A stretch of 64,000 bases of DNA from a virus (IMGVR_UViG_2837218921_000006:21395-85394); one strand, 5' to 3'; positions 49,351 to 59,921 are shown, counted from the stretch's first letter. Numbers and translations are program-made. Notes: generated by a model from the letters alone, not told the origin.

Positions 49351-50620
49351 GCATCTTTGATAGAAGGTAGCCTTTCTGACTTTCATATCTTTGTAATATT
49401 GTTCTCTCGCATTCTATCTTTATCAAAACGGCTCTAATAGTGGCTGCTATATCTCTTTGCTCATCAAGCGATGGCAAAGGTATTAGCATATTAAAGAAAT
49501 CTTTTATCGAGACATTCAGCAGTCCGTGATTTCTTGCTCCTTCAACAACAATTTCTGCAATATCTTTGTGCCATTTCTTTGACTCAAAGTAAAACAAAAG
49601 ATAATCTGAGTCAATGAGTTTTTCTTTTGGCTGGAAGCAGATATAGAGGGGAGACAATACACCTGATTCATATTTGTCCAACCTTTTTACTGCGCCCCAA
49701 ATATAATCACCTGAATAACTTTTATTGTATGCGAAATCGCCCTTTTTAAGAATATAATAATTGCTTAGATTCTCACTTGCAACTACTTTGTTGAAGAATG
49801 AACATTGATCAATCAGTCCATATTGAGCTGCGATTGTAAGAATACGGTTTGATTCAATAGTGGTATTTCTCCTTGTTATGCGTGTGCAAATATCACCAAG
49901 TTGACATACTGACCAGTTATCAACATATTTCTTATTGATTCTCTGACGAGGGACATTTTCTCTTGGTGAGCAGTATACTTCTTCAACAATTGAGGACTTT
50001 AGTTTTTCCAAATCCTCAATCAGCCTCCTTTGAGTTGCAATGCGCTCGTCAAGGAGTTGTAAAAAATATGCGATTTTTGATTGTTCATCAATTGAAGGAA
50101 TAGAGACCACGAGCGATTTCAAGGATTCTTTATAGAGATGGACAACGGAAACACCTTGGGCTAATTTGGCGATCTCCCGCTTGCGTACCCCATTTAGTTG
50201 ATAGCACAAAAAAGAACCACTATCATTATTCAATCGAATAATATTTAAGTCTCCCCCTAAGAAAACATCATTTTTGAGGACACATCGTGCAGTGGCAATA
50301 TCTTCGGCAGTTTCGCCTGAGGATGGGATTATGACATCATTTGCCACACTTTTAATCAGGCTGTCTTCTGGTAAATTCGTCCTACTGATAACGTTTGTGA
50401 TATTTGTGGCAGTATACGTGGTATATAGTTCTCCATATAGAATGCATGGTTTCCCGTTCTCATTCCTTTGGTCTTTAGATATACCTGCACCTTTACTGAA
50501 TGTCGCGATTTTCCCTAATCGAATTCTTCTCCACGGTTCGGTGAATCCGGGGAAGCGCAGGGAGGGTGCGGATGTGGAAACGGGCGAATTGGAGTTTTTA
50601 TTGTTTTCAGTGTCAGTCAT
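49343..50620 (-). CDS. hsdS: Type I R-M specificity subunit (expressed position)
   Basis: Follows hsdM; two TRDs with PSIDEQ/PSLDEQ conserved regions. Confidence 0.92.
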   Translation of the reverse strand: MTDTENNKNSNSPVSTSAPSLRFPGFTEPWRRIRLGKIATFSKGAGISKDQRNENGKPCILYGELYTTYTATNITNVISRTNLPEDSLIKSVANDVIIPSSGETAEDIATARCVLKNDVFLGGDLNIIRLNNDSGSFLCYQLNGVRKREIAKLAQGVSVVHLYKESLKSLVVSIPSIDEQSKIAYFLQLLDERIATQRRLIEDLEKLKSSIVEEVYCSPRENVPRQRINKKYVDNWSVCQLGDICTRITRRNTTIESNRILTIAAQYGLIDQCSFFNKVVASENLSNYYILKKGDFAYNKSYSGDYIWGAVKRLDKYESGVLSPLYICFQPKEKLIDSDYLLFYFESKKWHKDIAEIVVEGARNHGLLNVSIKDFFNMLIPLPSLDEQRDIAATIRAVLIKIECERTILQRYESQKGYLLSKMLI

Positions 50621-50658
50621 CGGGATTTTCAATCTTTACTGTTCAACATTAAGGATTC

Positions 50659-52203
50659 TTATTCCACGATTCCAAGTTCGCGGAGATACACTTCGATTTG
50701 CGCGTCGAGTTCAGAGCGTTTCGCTTCAAGCTCTTTGATGTCTGCCATTACTGCCTTGATGTCGATTTCTTCCTCTTCCTCGAATGTATCTACATAGCGG
50801 GGAATGTTGAGGTTATAATCGTTGTCGGCTATCTCCTTAAGCGAAGCCAGATGGCTGTATTTTTCGATTTCAGTACGATTGCGATAGGTATCTACAATCT
50901 TCTGTATGTGTTCGGGGCGCAGTTTGTTTTGCGTCTTAACCTTCTCAAACTCCCGGCTTGCATCAATAAAGAGAATGGAGTCATCCTCCTTGCGGCATTT
51001 CTTGGCTACGATGATGCAGGTTGGTATTCCCGTGCCGTAGAAGATGTTTGGTGGCAAACCGATAATAGCGTCAATGTAGTTCTTGTTCTCAATGAGATAA
51101 CGGCGTATCTTACCCTCGGCATTACCACGGAATAGTACGCCGTGGGGAGCTACACAGGCGAGTGTACCGCCCTCATTGAGATGATGAATCATGTGCAGGA
51201 TGAAAGCGTAGTCCGCTTTCGATTTCGGAGCCAATGCCCCTGCCTTGCTGAAACGGTCGTCAGAGTTGAATTTCTCCGCCGCGCTCCATTGTGCCGAGAA
51301 AGGAGGATTTGCAACCACGGCATCAAACTCTCTGTCGGGGAAAGCATCAGCTTCGAGGGTGTCACCGTTTTCTATGGTGAAATCCTTGTACTTGACACCA
51401 TGAAGGAGCATATTCATACGGGCAAGATTGAATGTGGTGGGGTTTTTCTCTTGTCCATAAATGGTGTCGGCATTGCCGTTGCGTGCTGTGCGCAGAAGAA
51501 GGGAGCCGGAACCGCAAGTAGGGTCATATACATCGCGCAGACGTGTCTTTCCAGTGGTCACTACCTCGGCGAGAATCTGACTAACCTCCTGAGGAGTGTA
51601 AAACTCACCGGCTTTTTTACCGGCACCGGCAGCAAACTGACCGATCATATACTCGTATGCATCGCCGAGAATGTCGATGTCGGAAGCCTCGTTAAGTCCG
51701 AAGTCTATGCCGTTGAGGGCTACAAGCACGTTGGAAATTAGTGTATTCTTATCATCGGCAGACTTTCCCAACTTAGGCGAAGCGAGGTCAATGTCGGAGA
51801 AAAGACCGCCAAAATCCTCATTGCTGTCCTGACCTACGGTGCTGTCCTCTATTTTCTTCAGCGAGCGTTCAAGTTGAGGCAGGATGTTCTCTCTGCGGTC
51901 AACCGCCTCGATAATGCTTGAGAAAAGGAACTCCGGCTCAAGGAAGTATCCGAGGTTGCTTAGACACTCGTCTTTTATGTCGGCTTTCAACTCGGCATCG
52001 TCGCTTGCCCAAGCATTCTTGAATGTAACACCGTCCTCCGACAATATGTCATCGGCATACATCTCAATCTTCTCGGACAAGTATTTGTAGAATATGAATC
52101 CGAGGGTGAAATACATAAAGTCGCTCGCCGACATATTGCCGCGAAGGTTGTTTGCCACAGTCCAAAGCTGACTGCGAAGCTGCTGCTGGAGTTCCTCGCT
52201 CAT
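50659..52203 (-). CDS. hsdM: Type I R-M methyltransferase
   Basis: GEFYTP, DPTCGSG, NPPF. Confidence 0.95.
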   Translation of the reverse strand: MSEELQQQLRSQLWTVANNLRGNMSASDFMYFTLGFIFYKYLSEKIEMYADDILSEDGVTFKNAWASDDAELKADIKDECLSNLGYFLEPEFLFSSIIEAVDRRENILPQLERSLKKIEDSTVGQDSNEDFGGLFSDIDLASPKLGKSADDKNTLISNVLVALNGIDFGLNEASDIDILGDAYEYMIGQFAAGAGKKAGEFYTPQEVSQILAEVVTTGKTRLRDVYDPTCGSGSLLLRTARNGNADTIYGQEKNPTTFNLARMNMLLHGVKYKDFTIENGDTLEADAFPDREFDAVVANPPFSAQWSAAEKFNSDDRFSKAGALAPKSKADYAFILHMIHHLNEGGTLACVAPHGVLFRGNAEGKIRRYLIENKNYIDAIIGLPPNIFYGTGIPTCIIVAKKCRKEDDSILFIDASREFEKVKTQNKLRPEHIQKIVDTYRNRTEIEKYSHLASLKEIADNDYNLNIPRYVDTFEEEEEIDIKAVMADIKELEAKRSELDAQIEVYLRELGIVE

Positions 52204-52206
52204 ATA

Positions 52207-55026
52207 TTATTCCCAGTTGTAGATTTCTATTATTTTACGAAGTTTTTGAAGAATACGGTTGAATACGCTGCGGCGTTGTTTCAGACCGAGTTTCTTTTTC
52301 TTTATGGCATCCTGAAGTATCTCGTCCTTCTCACGGTGGAGATAGTCGTATTCCTCCATGAACTTATGAAGTGCCGTCTGGTCGATTTCTTCCTCCGCAG
52401 CAAGTTGCTCTACGGCACGGTCTTTTGCTCTGCGTACATAATCCACCAGTCGTGATTCAAGATCTATTGTGCCGTCAGCCTTAGACCGCCGGAACTCATC
52501 CTGATTGGCATCGACATTCTCGCTGATGAAACCGTCGATAAGCTCAGCCTTGCTGCGCATCTCGGCATCACGAATCATCGTGTCAAGAATCTCACGGCGT
52601 TTTTCAGAGTAATCATCGCTTGCCGGGTCAAGGTCGTGAATCAGCGCGAGGATGTATGCCACGTTGATTACGTCGCTGTGTAGCAGTTCAAGACAAAAGT
52701 CAATATCTTCAAGTGTCGTTTCCGGTTCGGCGCCATAAGCGGCAGCGGGTTCAGCGGCAACCTTTGCCGGTTTTGAACCGAAATTCTGTGCTATGTCAAG
52801 ATACTTGCTGCGGAAGTCCTGAAACTCCTGCTCAGTCATTATGAAAGATATATCCGAAGGCGAATATTCCTCATAAATCTGCATTTCAGCGTGTTTCTTG
52901 ATTATGTCGCGGAAAGCAAGGACAAACGCCACTTTGTCGTTCTCACTTTCAAGATTGTCTATCTCATCAACATTCGGATACTTAGACAGGAACTGTTCGG
53001 TTTTTTCAATGTACTCGCGCTTGACATCCTTGAACGGCGGACGCACTATATCTTCGATAGGATTATTGTCGGAGAACAGCTTTATAGACGCATCCACGTT
53101 GCTTTTGAGGTCGCGGAAGCAGATCACCTTTCCGAATCTCTTTTTCTCGTTCAGTACACGATTCGTGCGACTGAAAGCCTGCAACAGACCATGATATTCA
53201 AGATTTTTATCAACATAGAGAGTGTTGAGCTTCTTGGCATCGAAACCCGTAAGGAACATCCCGACGACGAGCAACAAGTCCAAAGGCTTCATCTTCGGGT
53301 CTTTCTTTTTCATTCTCTTGTTGATGTCGTCATAGTAGAGTCCGAAGTTTTCTACCGAATGGGATGTGCCGAAGGTTTTGTTGTAGTCATCTATGATTTC
53401 CTGCATCTCATCGGCGGCGACTTTCGGATTTGCGAAACCCCGGTTCATGCCGGTGGCTTCATCATCCTGACTGCCGTTTGCTGCGTAAGTGAATATCGCA
53501 CCGATTTTGATGTCTGGATTCAATCCCTTAAAAATCTTGTAGTAACGCAAAAGCATCGGCACTGACTGAACGGCAAACAGAGCGTTGTACTCGCCATCAA
53601 AAGTGGACTTATTGAAGTTGTTGAGGATAAACCGTGCGACTTCGCGCATACGGCTATCGCTTTCAAGATCAAGGTCTGCGTTGCCGGTGTAATATTCAAC
53701 GAGAAAGCCCAGTACATTGTCATCGGCGATAGCATCTTTAATCAGATACTTGTGCAGGCAATTACCGAAGATTTCTTTGGTTGTGCGGTCATTCTTTGAG
53801 TTTTCGACGAATATCGGAGTGCCGGTGAAGCCGAATATCTGAAGGTTGTTAAAGAAGTGGACAATATTTTTGTGACTTTCTCCAAAATGGCTTCGGTGGC
53901 ACTCATCAAAAATCATCACGACCTTTTTATCGCGCACATCTTGAAGATGACGGTTGTAATAGTCTTTGGTGACTGCGCAATTCAGCTTTTGAATAGTGGT
54001 GATTATTATCTTCTTATCACTTCCGAGACGCTGTATAAGTTCCTTAGTACTGTCAGTGCCATCCACAGCTCCCGGCTCAAAGGCTTCATATTCCGCCTGT
54101 GTCTGAGTGTCGAGGTCGTGCCTGTCAACGACAAAAAGCACCTTGTCTATTTCATCAATTTCAGAAACAAGCTGTGCGGCTTTGAATGAGGTTAACGTCT
54201 TTCCCGCTCCGGTTGTGTGCCAGATATAGCCGTTATCATTGCTGTTGACCACACGGTTGAGGATTTCCTCAACGGCATAATATTGATATGGGCGCAAAAC
54301 CATCATACATTTATCGCCTTCGTGAAGTACGATGTACTTGCTGATAATTTTGCCGAGTGTGCATGGGTCGAAGAATTCAGCCGCGAAAAGACTTAGTTGG
54401 TTGAACGGATTGTTCTTCCGATCAGTCCAGTTAAACGTGAACTTGTAACCACTATTAGGGTTATTGGCAAAATAGCGGGTGTTCACGCCGTTGGAAATCA
54501 CGAAAATCTGAATATAGTTGAACAGACCGTGGAATGATGTCTTGTGGTAGCGTTGAACCTGATTGTATGCTTGTTTTAATTCAACACCACGTTTCTTCAA
54601 CTCAATCTGCACCAATGGCAGACCGTTAATCAGAATGGTAACATCATAACGGCACTGACGACGGCCTTCTAAAGTTATCTGGTTGGAAACTTGAAATTCA
54701 TTCTGACACCATTTATGACGATTAAGAAATTCAAGCCATACGCGCTGTCCGTTGTCAAGTTCCAAAGGAAGCAAATCCCGCAGTTTTTTGGCTTTCTCAA
54801 ACGTGGTGCCACCTTCAAGATAGAGCATGACCTTATTGAACTCATTGTCCGTAAGTTCCGTTCTGCCATGTTGCGCAAGTTCCTTGGCATTGTGTTTTTC
54901 CAACTGTCGTTTGAAATTTGATATAAGGTTAGTCTCCTCATGGATTTCAACGTATTCATACGCCATATCCGTGAGAGTCTTTATCAAACCTTTTTCCAGT
55001 GCATCTTCGCTTTGAGTAAGTGCCAT
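52207..55026 (-). CDS. hsdR: Type I R-M restriction subunit
   Basis: QIELK, TGAGKT, DECHR, FTGTP, QAFSRTNR. Confidence 0.95.
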   Translation of the reverse strand: MALTQSEDALEKGLIKTLTDMAYEYVEIHEETNLISNFKRQLEKHNAKELAQHGRTELTDNEFNKVMLYLEGGTTFEKAKKLRDLLPLELDNGQRVWLEFLNRHKWCQNEFQVSNQITLEGRRQCRYDVTILINGLPLVQIELKKRGVELKQAYNQVQRYHKTSFHGLFNYIQIFVISNGVNTRYFANNPNSGYKFTFNWTDRKNNPFNQLSLFAAEFFDPCTLGKIISKYIVLHEGDKCMMVLRPYQYYAVEEILNRVVNSNDNGYIWHTTGAGKTLTSFKAAQLVSEIDEIDKVLFVVDRHDLDTQTQAEYEAFEPGAVDGTDSTKELIQRLGSDKKIIITTIQKLNCAVTKDYYNRHLQDVRDKKVVMIFDECHRSHFGESHKNIVHFFNNLQIFGFTGTPIFVENSKNDRTTKEIFGNCLHKYLIKDAIADDNVLGFLVEYYTGNADLDLESDSRMREVARFILNNFNKSTFDGEYNALFAVQSVPMLLRYYKIFKGLNPDIKIGAIFTYAANGSQDDEATGMNRGFANPKVAADEMQEIIDDYNKTFGTSHSVENFGLYYDDINKRMKKKDPKMKPLDLLLVVGMFLTGFDAKKLNTLYVDKNLEYHGLLQAFSRTNRVLNEKKRFGKVICFRDLKSNVDASIKLFSDNNPIEDIVRPPFKDVKREYIEKTEQFLSKYPNVDEIDNLESENDKVAFVLAFRDIIKKHAEMQIYEEYSPSDISFIMTEQEFQDFRSKYLDIAQNFGSKPAKVAAEPAAAYGAEPETTLEDIDFCLELLHSDVINVAYILALIHDLDPASDDYSEKRREILDTMIRDAEMRSKAELIDGFISENVDANQDEFRRSKADGTIDLESRLVDYVRRAKDRAVEQLAAEEEIDQTALHKFMEEYDYLHREKDEILQDAIKKKKLGLKQRRSVFNRILQKLRKIIEIYNWE

Positions 55027-55183
55027 TTATAAAAACAAAAACTCCGTTTGCAGTTTTCTGAAAGGTTGACCGAACCTGTAACGACTGCATTGGAGTTTTA
55101 AAATATGGTTGGTTTTGGCGGCATCGCTGCCTTTGGGATTAAACCGTTTCGGCCATCTTCAGAAGTTTAAGGTTACTATATTG

Positions 55184-56552
55184 CAATGATTCGGTAAAAA
55201 TTACAGAAGTAGTTGAAACTTAAGTTAATATAACGAATTGTCAAATACAAATGAATCGCCAAAGCGTTCATTATAAAAATCTTAGCGTATGAACGTATTG
55301 ACGATTCTCAAAGACTTCACCTTTCGGTGTAAGTCGGTATTTGAAAATACTACAACCAAGATGAGCAAAAGGTTCCTCAACTGGCTGATTTTAACAATAC
55401 GCACTGTGGCGTTGATTCCGGGCAAAGTCAATTTTACCCGGCTGTCGCGCTATGGCGGTCGTACAGCCAAGACCTTTGCCTCCAATTTCAAGACACCCGT
55501 AGACTGGATGAAAGTCAACATAGGTATGGCACAGGATTGTTTTGGACCGTCCGATGACATGGCAGTGGCAATCGATCCGTCGTTTATCTCCAAATCCGGC
55601 AGCCTGACGTATGGCATAGGCCGTTTCTGGTCAGGGGTGGCACAACGTGTCAAACGCGGTCTGGAGATAATGGCGATCGGGGCAATAAGCCTGAGTAAAC
55701 ATACATGTGTGATGCTCGGTGCTGTTCAGTCACCGAACTTCAGGACTCTTGAATCTGAGAAACAAATGTCAATGCTTGACTGGTATGTGGCACTTGTCAG
55801 GTCAAAGGCGACAGAGCTGCTCTCACTGACGGATATTCTGGTTGCCGATGCCTTTTTCTCCAAATATGAATTTGTGAATGAAGTGGTTGGCATGGGCTTC
55901 CGGTTTGTCGGGAGATTACGTGCCAACTCATATCTGAGGTATCTGGCCATGCCGGATTCCTCCGCCCCGCGAAGACGCGGCAGAAAGAAAAAGTATGGAG
56001 AGAAAGTGGATTTCTCCAGCCTTGATATGTCCGTGTTCACTTCATTCATATATGAGGATTCCAAAGGAAACAAAACCCGATGTCACACGGCGGTCGTACA
56101 CTCGAGGGCATTGAAACGCGACATCCGTATCGTGGTCTGTCCGGTTGAAAACGGAGAGCCTCTCCTGTACTTCTCCACCGACACCGACATGAGGCCTGAA
56201 AAGATCATCGGTTTCTACCGCACCCGCTTCCAGATTGAGTTCGGCATACGCGATGCCAAACAGTTCACAGGACTCCAGTCTCAGCAGACCCGGGACAGGG
56301 ATCGGCTTGACTTTGCGTTCAATCTTTCCTTCACTGCCCTCAATGTCTGCAAAGAGGTCATAAGGAAAGATTATCCGGGTCTTTCGTTAGCGCAGTTCAA
56401 ACGGCTTATGTTTGAATCTTATCTCGCCTCAACAATTATTTCGACTTGCGGAAAATCTCCGCATCTCAAAATAATTCAGAAAATAAATCATCGGTTGGCT
56501 CAGTTAGCGGCTTAGCCAAGGCTGAACAACCTCAAATTTTACCGAATCATTG
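55184..56552 (+). mobile_element. Insertion sequence (IS701/IS4-like DDE)
   Basis: IR CAATGATTCGGTAAAA; 6-bp TSD ATATTG (55178-55183, 56553-56558). Confidence 0.88.
55289..56515 (+). CDS. DDE transposase
   Basis: AIDPS, VADAFF, YRTRFQIEFGIRDAKQ. Confidence 0.9.
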   Translation: MNVLTILKDFTFRCKSVFENTTTKMSKRFLNWLILTIRTVALIPGKVNFTRLSRYGGRTAKTFASNFKTPVDWMKVNIGMAQDCFGPSDDMAVAIDPSFISKSGSLTYGIGRFWSGVAQRVKRGLEIMAIGAISLSKHTCVMLGAVQSPNFRTLESEKQMSMLDWYVALVRSKATELLSLTDILVADAFFSKYEFVNEVVGMGFRFVGRLRANSYLRYLAMPDSSAPRRRGRKKKYGEKVDFSSLDMSVFTSFIYEDSKGNKTRCHTAVVHSRALKRDIRIVVCPVENGEPLLYFSTDTDMRPEKIIGFYRTRFQIEFGIRDAKQFTGLQSQQTRDRDRLDFAFNLSFTALNVCKEVIRKDYPGLSLAQFKRLMFESYLASTIISTCGKSPHLKIIQKINHRLAQLAA

Positions 56553-56664
56553 ATATTGCAAAATTAGCGAAAATTTCTGAGATGGCAATTGAATATGCTG
56601 ATAAACATATACGATACAGCTATACTCATCCATCTCTGAGTCCATTAAGGAGATTAGATGAGAG

Positions 56665-56697
56665 ACGCCGCCGAGGTCTGCTTCCCTCGGCGGCGTT
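56665..56697 (-). terminator. GC-rich hairpin after the relaxase
   Basis: ACGCCGCCGAGG..CCTCGGCGGCGT. Confidence 0.55.
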
Positions 56698-56701
56698 GGG
56701 T

Positions 56702-57910
56702 TTAGTGTAGTTTGGGCCCTTGTCGGCGGCGTTTGGCTTTTTGTTCTTCACGATAGCGATGAAGGGCCTCTTCAATGGTAAGTCCGGGATGGCGGCTCAT
56801 CCACAGTTTGAAATCATCGGGTAAAACGCCTCCATTAGCAAAACCTTCTTGCATCTGCGAGGTTCCTGAGGATGGAACTTGGGATAACCGAGTGCCATAG
56901 TTTTGCGACTGGGATGCGGATTGGCCGACTAAATCCGGATTCGATGAATAGACTCCCGGAGTCATGCGCTGTGGGTTGAATTTTATCCACACAGTAGGCA
57001 TATCTCCCTGACATCCGTCAACTCGGATAGCTTTCCCCGCAACGTAATCATTCATTTGTTGTGTCGTAAGCCGCACACCTTTGTATGATGCGATAGGCAC
57101 GATGGAGCCATCTGCATACATCCATTGAGACTGAGAATGTAGCGGTTTGTTGTTAGCCAGATGCTTGGATATATTGCCCAGACTGAATCGCCGGTCAATC
57201 TTTGATGCAGCGAAACGCTTGCCTTTTCTGGTGTACCATAGACCCTGCAATTCGCTGGTGCCACGCTTGTATTTGTATTCTATGCCGACACCAGCCGCCT
57301 TTAAGCGAGTCTCGAATTGCTCGAAAGTATGGACTGATTTATCGTTCCATACAGCGTCAACGGCATTGAAAATCTCATATCGTATCTTTTCCGTGCCACG
57401 CAATTTATTGACATTAGTCTGCTTTTTACCCTCGGAAATGTGCAGTCCATATTCCTTTGTCAAGTCAAGACAGGCTGCCTTGTTGCGACTGAAATCATTC
57501 TTATCGGAAATGGTTTCGGCGTGGTTATCTATTCGGCTGAACACGATATGACAGTGTGGATAATCTTTGTCGAGATGCCGGACAATGATGTATGGAGTAT
57601 CCATGATGCCCATTTTCTTCATATATTTTTGGGCAATCTCTACCATAATCCGGTCATCAACTTTATCCTTGTCGTTGGCATGAAAGTTCAGGGAAATATG
57701 CCCGACCGGATTTTTCAAGTCCGGATTCAAGGCGAGATTATCTTCAAAAGAAGCGATAATTCCATTTCTCCCTTCCATCATAGATACATCTTTGCAGTCT
57801 ATAAGACGCCATTCATTACAGGGCGTGCCGTCGGGATTATCCTTCTTTCGACGAGTGACGTAATCGACACAACCGCCGAAACTGCCGCCTTTTGTTATCT
57901 TGCCCATCAT
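56702..57910 (-). CDS. Relaxase (MOBP/VirD2-like)
   Basis: GGCVDY, GHISLNF, RHLDKDYPHCHIVFSRI. Confidence 0.9.
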   Translation of the reverse strand: MMGKITKGGSFGGCVDYVTRRKKDNPDGTPCNEWRLIDCKDVSMMEGRNGIIASFEDNLALNPDLKNPVGHISLNFHANDKDKVDDRIMVEIAQKYMKKMGIMDTPYIIVRHLDKDYPHCHIVFSRIDNHAETISDKNDFSRNKAACLDLTKEYGLHISEGKKQTNVNKLRGTEKIRYEIFNAVDAVWNDKSVHTFEQFETRLKAAGVGIEYKYKRGTSELQGLWYTRKGKRFAASKIDRRFSLGNISKHLANNKPLHSQSQWMYADGSIVPIASYKGVRLTTQQMNDYVAGKAIRVDGCQGDMPTVWIKFNPQRMTPGVYSSNPDLVGQSASQSQNYGTRLSQVPSSGTSQMQEGFANGGVLPDDFKLWMSRHPGLTIEEALHRYREEQKAKRRRQGPKLH

Positions 57911-58302
57911 ACGCTGTCCGGTGTATTACGATAGTTTTTTATCAGTGAAAGGACAAAATCCTTGCACTGAATTATCTCTCTGTATGTGCGGACAATCTGT
58001 TCCTCAGAGGCACCACCTTTTAGAATGGCACCGACAAATTTTGCCGTGCGGTTGAGATTTTCAGCGATTCCCTGAAGGTCGCGGATTGCCTTGACATCTC
58101 TTGGCGTGAGCCTTTCCACGACTTTACAGTGCAGTGCCGACTGCCGGATATATTCCGAGCGGTTGAGCCCTGCCGTGAGAGCTTTGTCCATCATTACCTG
58201 ATATTGGTCTATGTCGAATTTCACCGGCACCATGATGGACTTTCGTTCATCAGCCGGGAGCTTGGGACGCCCTTTAGCGGGACGTAAATTGGATTTCTTC
58301 AT
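57907..58302 (-). CDS. mobC: MobC relaxosome accessory protein
   Basis: RHH GLNRSEYIR and ENLNRTAK motif. Confidence 0.8.
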   Translation of the reverse strand: MKKSNLRPAKGRPKLPADERKSIMVPVKFDIDQYQVMMDKALTAGLNRSEYIRQSALHCKVVERLTPRDVKAIRDLQGIAENLNRTAKFVGAILKGGASEEQIVRTYREIIQCKDFVLSLIKNYRNTPDSV

Positions 58303-58319
58303 TGGAAATTCTGTTTGAG

Positions 58320-58445
58320 GTTTGTGACCATCGGGAGCGGAGGGGAGCGAGTCGTTTGAGGATTACTTGTAATACGAAAACATAAACTCGCTCCCTCCGA
58401 TTCCGAACCCCTACGATAGTTTCGAGGTGCACGAAACTACGAGGA
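58320..58445. other. Probable oriT region
   Basis: Upstream of mobC; inverted repeats GGGAGCGAGT/ACTCGCTCCC and TAGTTTCG/CGAAACTA. Confidence 0.6.
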
Positions 58446-58481
58446 CTATTTAGCGGTCAAAATGTAGTTGCAATCACGCGC

Positions 58482-58961
58482 TCAGAGTTTGCGCCAGATT
58501 TCGATGTCTTCGGCATACTGTTTCAGATGCTCGGCGAGGATTGCGTTGGCGTAACTGCTGACGGTAGTGCCACGGCCACCGAGGATTCTGGAAACGCGCT
58601 CAAGCTGGTCCCATAGGTCGCCTTCGATGTTCAGGGCATGGCGGTTCACCAGCTTTGCAGGAGTGAGGAACGTTGCCTTGAACTCGGCGAAATCCGATTT
58701 GCGCTGCTGCCTGCCGATGCGCTGTTGCTTCGGTGGCTCGGTTACGGCAGTTGCCTCGGTTACTGGCTGTTCGTTGTCAAACAGATTGTCAGCGTTGGCA
58801 GGTGTGGTGCTGTTAACAGTGTTATCGCTGTTGACTGCGGGATTAGGGTTGGTGGAGTTATCTGATTTCATTGTGACTTCGGGGTTAAGGGTCGATACTT
58901 TGGATTTGGTTGCATCGGTCAACTCGGTTGACTTGGATGCGGTGGGTTTATTTGTTTTCAT
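58482..58961 (-). CDS. DUF3408-like protein
   Basis: TTVSSYANAILAEHL..Y..DI..W C-terminus. Confidence 0.75.
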   Translation of the reverse strand: MKTNKPTASKSTELTDATKSKVSTLNPEVTMKSDNSTNPNPAVNSDNTVNSTTPANADNLFDNEQPVTEATAVTEPPKQQRIGRQQRKSDFAEFKATFLTPAKLVNRHALNIEGDLWDQLERVSRILGGRGTTVSSYANAILAEHLKQYAEDIEIWRKL

Positions 58962-59835
58962 TGGAAAGTGTGTTTTTGGTGAAACTTCGATTGATAAGAA
59001 AATCATTCAAGTCGTTGAACTCGGAGTAGAGCGTGGAGCGGTCAATCATTGTTGAGCCATAAATGGCGGTCAACTCGGCGAGTGCTGTTTTCCCGGCATT
59101 GTCGTTGTCAAGGTAGCAGTTGATAGTAGTGTAACCTTTGAGAAAAGGCACAGCCTTGTTGACATTGACAACCGAGTTGAGTATGATTGTGTCGGCTCCA
59201 CTGATGATGCCGAGTGTGAGTGCCGAGAGATAATCTATAAATCCCTCGAACACGGCACACTCTGCTGACGGGCCATCTCTCGCCCACGGCAAATATGAGA
59301 TGTCCTTGCGTCTACGGCAACCTTTGAAATATCGGTTGCGCAGTTCCCAGCCTCCGCTGACGTTCTCAAATGCCACGGCAAAATAAAACTTGCCGTTGAC
59401 GCTGTATTGAGCCTCCTTGCAGTTCGCCGTGGCGATGTGTGCCGGGATGCCACGCTCTTGGAGGTATGCGACAAGTGCGCGGTGTTCCAGTGGCACGACC
59501 TCAAACCGCTCCATACTCGGTGCTGAGTGTCGCGGAGCAAAAGAGGAAGCGATTGTCGGCACCGATGGTACCGGGTAGCTGTCAGCGATGCAACGCAGTA
59601 TATGGCGCAGGTCTGTTGTCTGATACAACTCGGCTGCAAGGTCGATGATGTTGCCGCCTCTGCCAAGTCCGAAATCATACCAGCAGTTGAGCGCAGTCTC
59701 GACCTTGAATGACGGCGTATGTTCCTGTCGCAAAGGCGACTTATACCAGAGCCTTGTTCCTTTTCTCGCCGTAGGCTCATGTCCGATTCGGGACATGAAG
59801 GAGGCTAAAGGGATTGATTTAATCTCTTTGATCAT
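58948..59835 (-). CDS. DNA primase (Toprim)
   Basis: SPLRQEHTPSF, FEGFIDYLS, LDND.AG, DLND. Confidence 0.88.
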   Translation of the reverse strand: MIKEIKSIPLASFMSRIGHEPTARKGTRLWYKSPLRQEHTPSFKVETALNCWYDFGLGRGGNIIDLAAELYQTTDLRHILRCIADSYPVPSVPTIASSFAPRHSAPSMERFEVVPLEHRALVAYLQERGIPAHIATANCKEAQYSVNGKFYFAVAFENVSGGWELRNRYFKGCRRRKDISYLPWARDGPSAECAVFEGFIDYLSALTLGIISGADTIILNSVVNVNKAVPFLKGYTTINCYLDNDNAGKTALAELTAIYGSTMIDRSTLYSEFNDLNDFLINRSFTKNTLSNENK

Positions 59836-59859
59836 GGGTTCTAAAATGTTTGGGTGAGA

Positions 59860-59910
59860 TGGTTCTTGGTTTAGCGCCTATTATATATGCCCTTTTCTAA
59901 ACCAAACCAA
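59860..59910. repeat. TTGGTTTAG-TATATA-CTAAACCAA palindrome, copy 3
   Basis: Between ATPase and primase; same motif as copies 1-2. Confidence 0.75.
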
Positions 59911-59921
59911 TTTGGTGTTTC

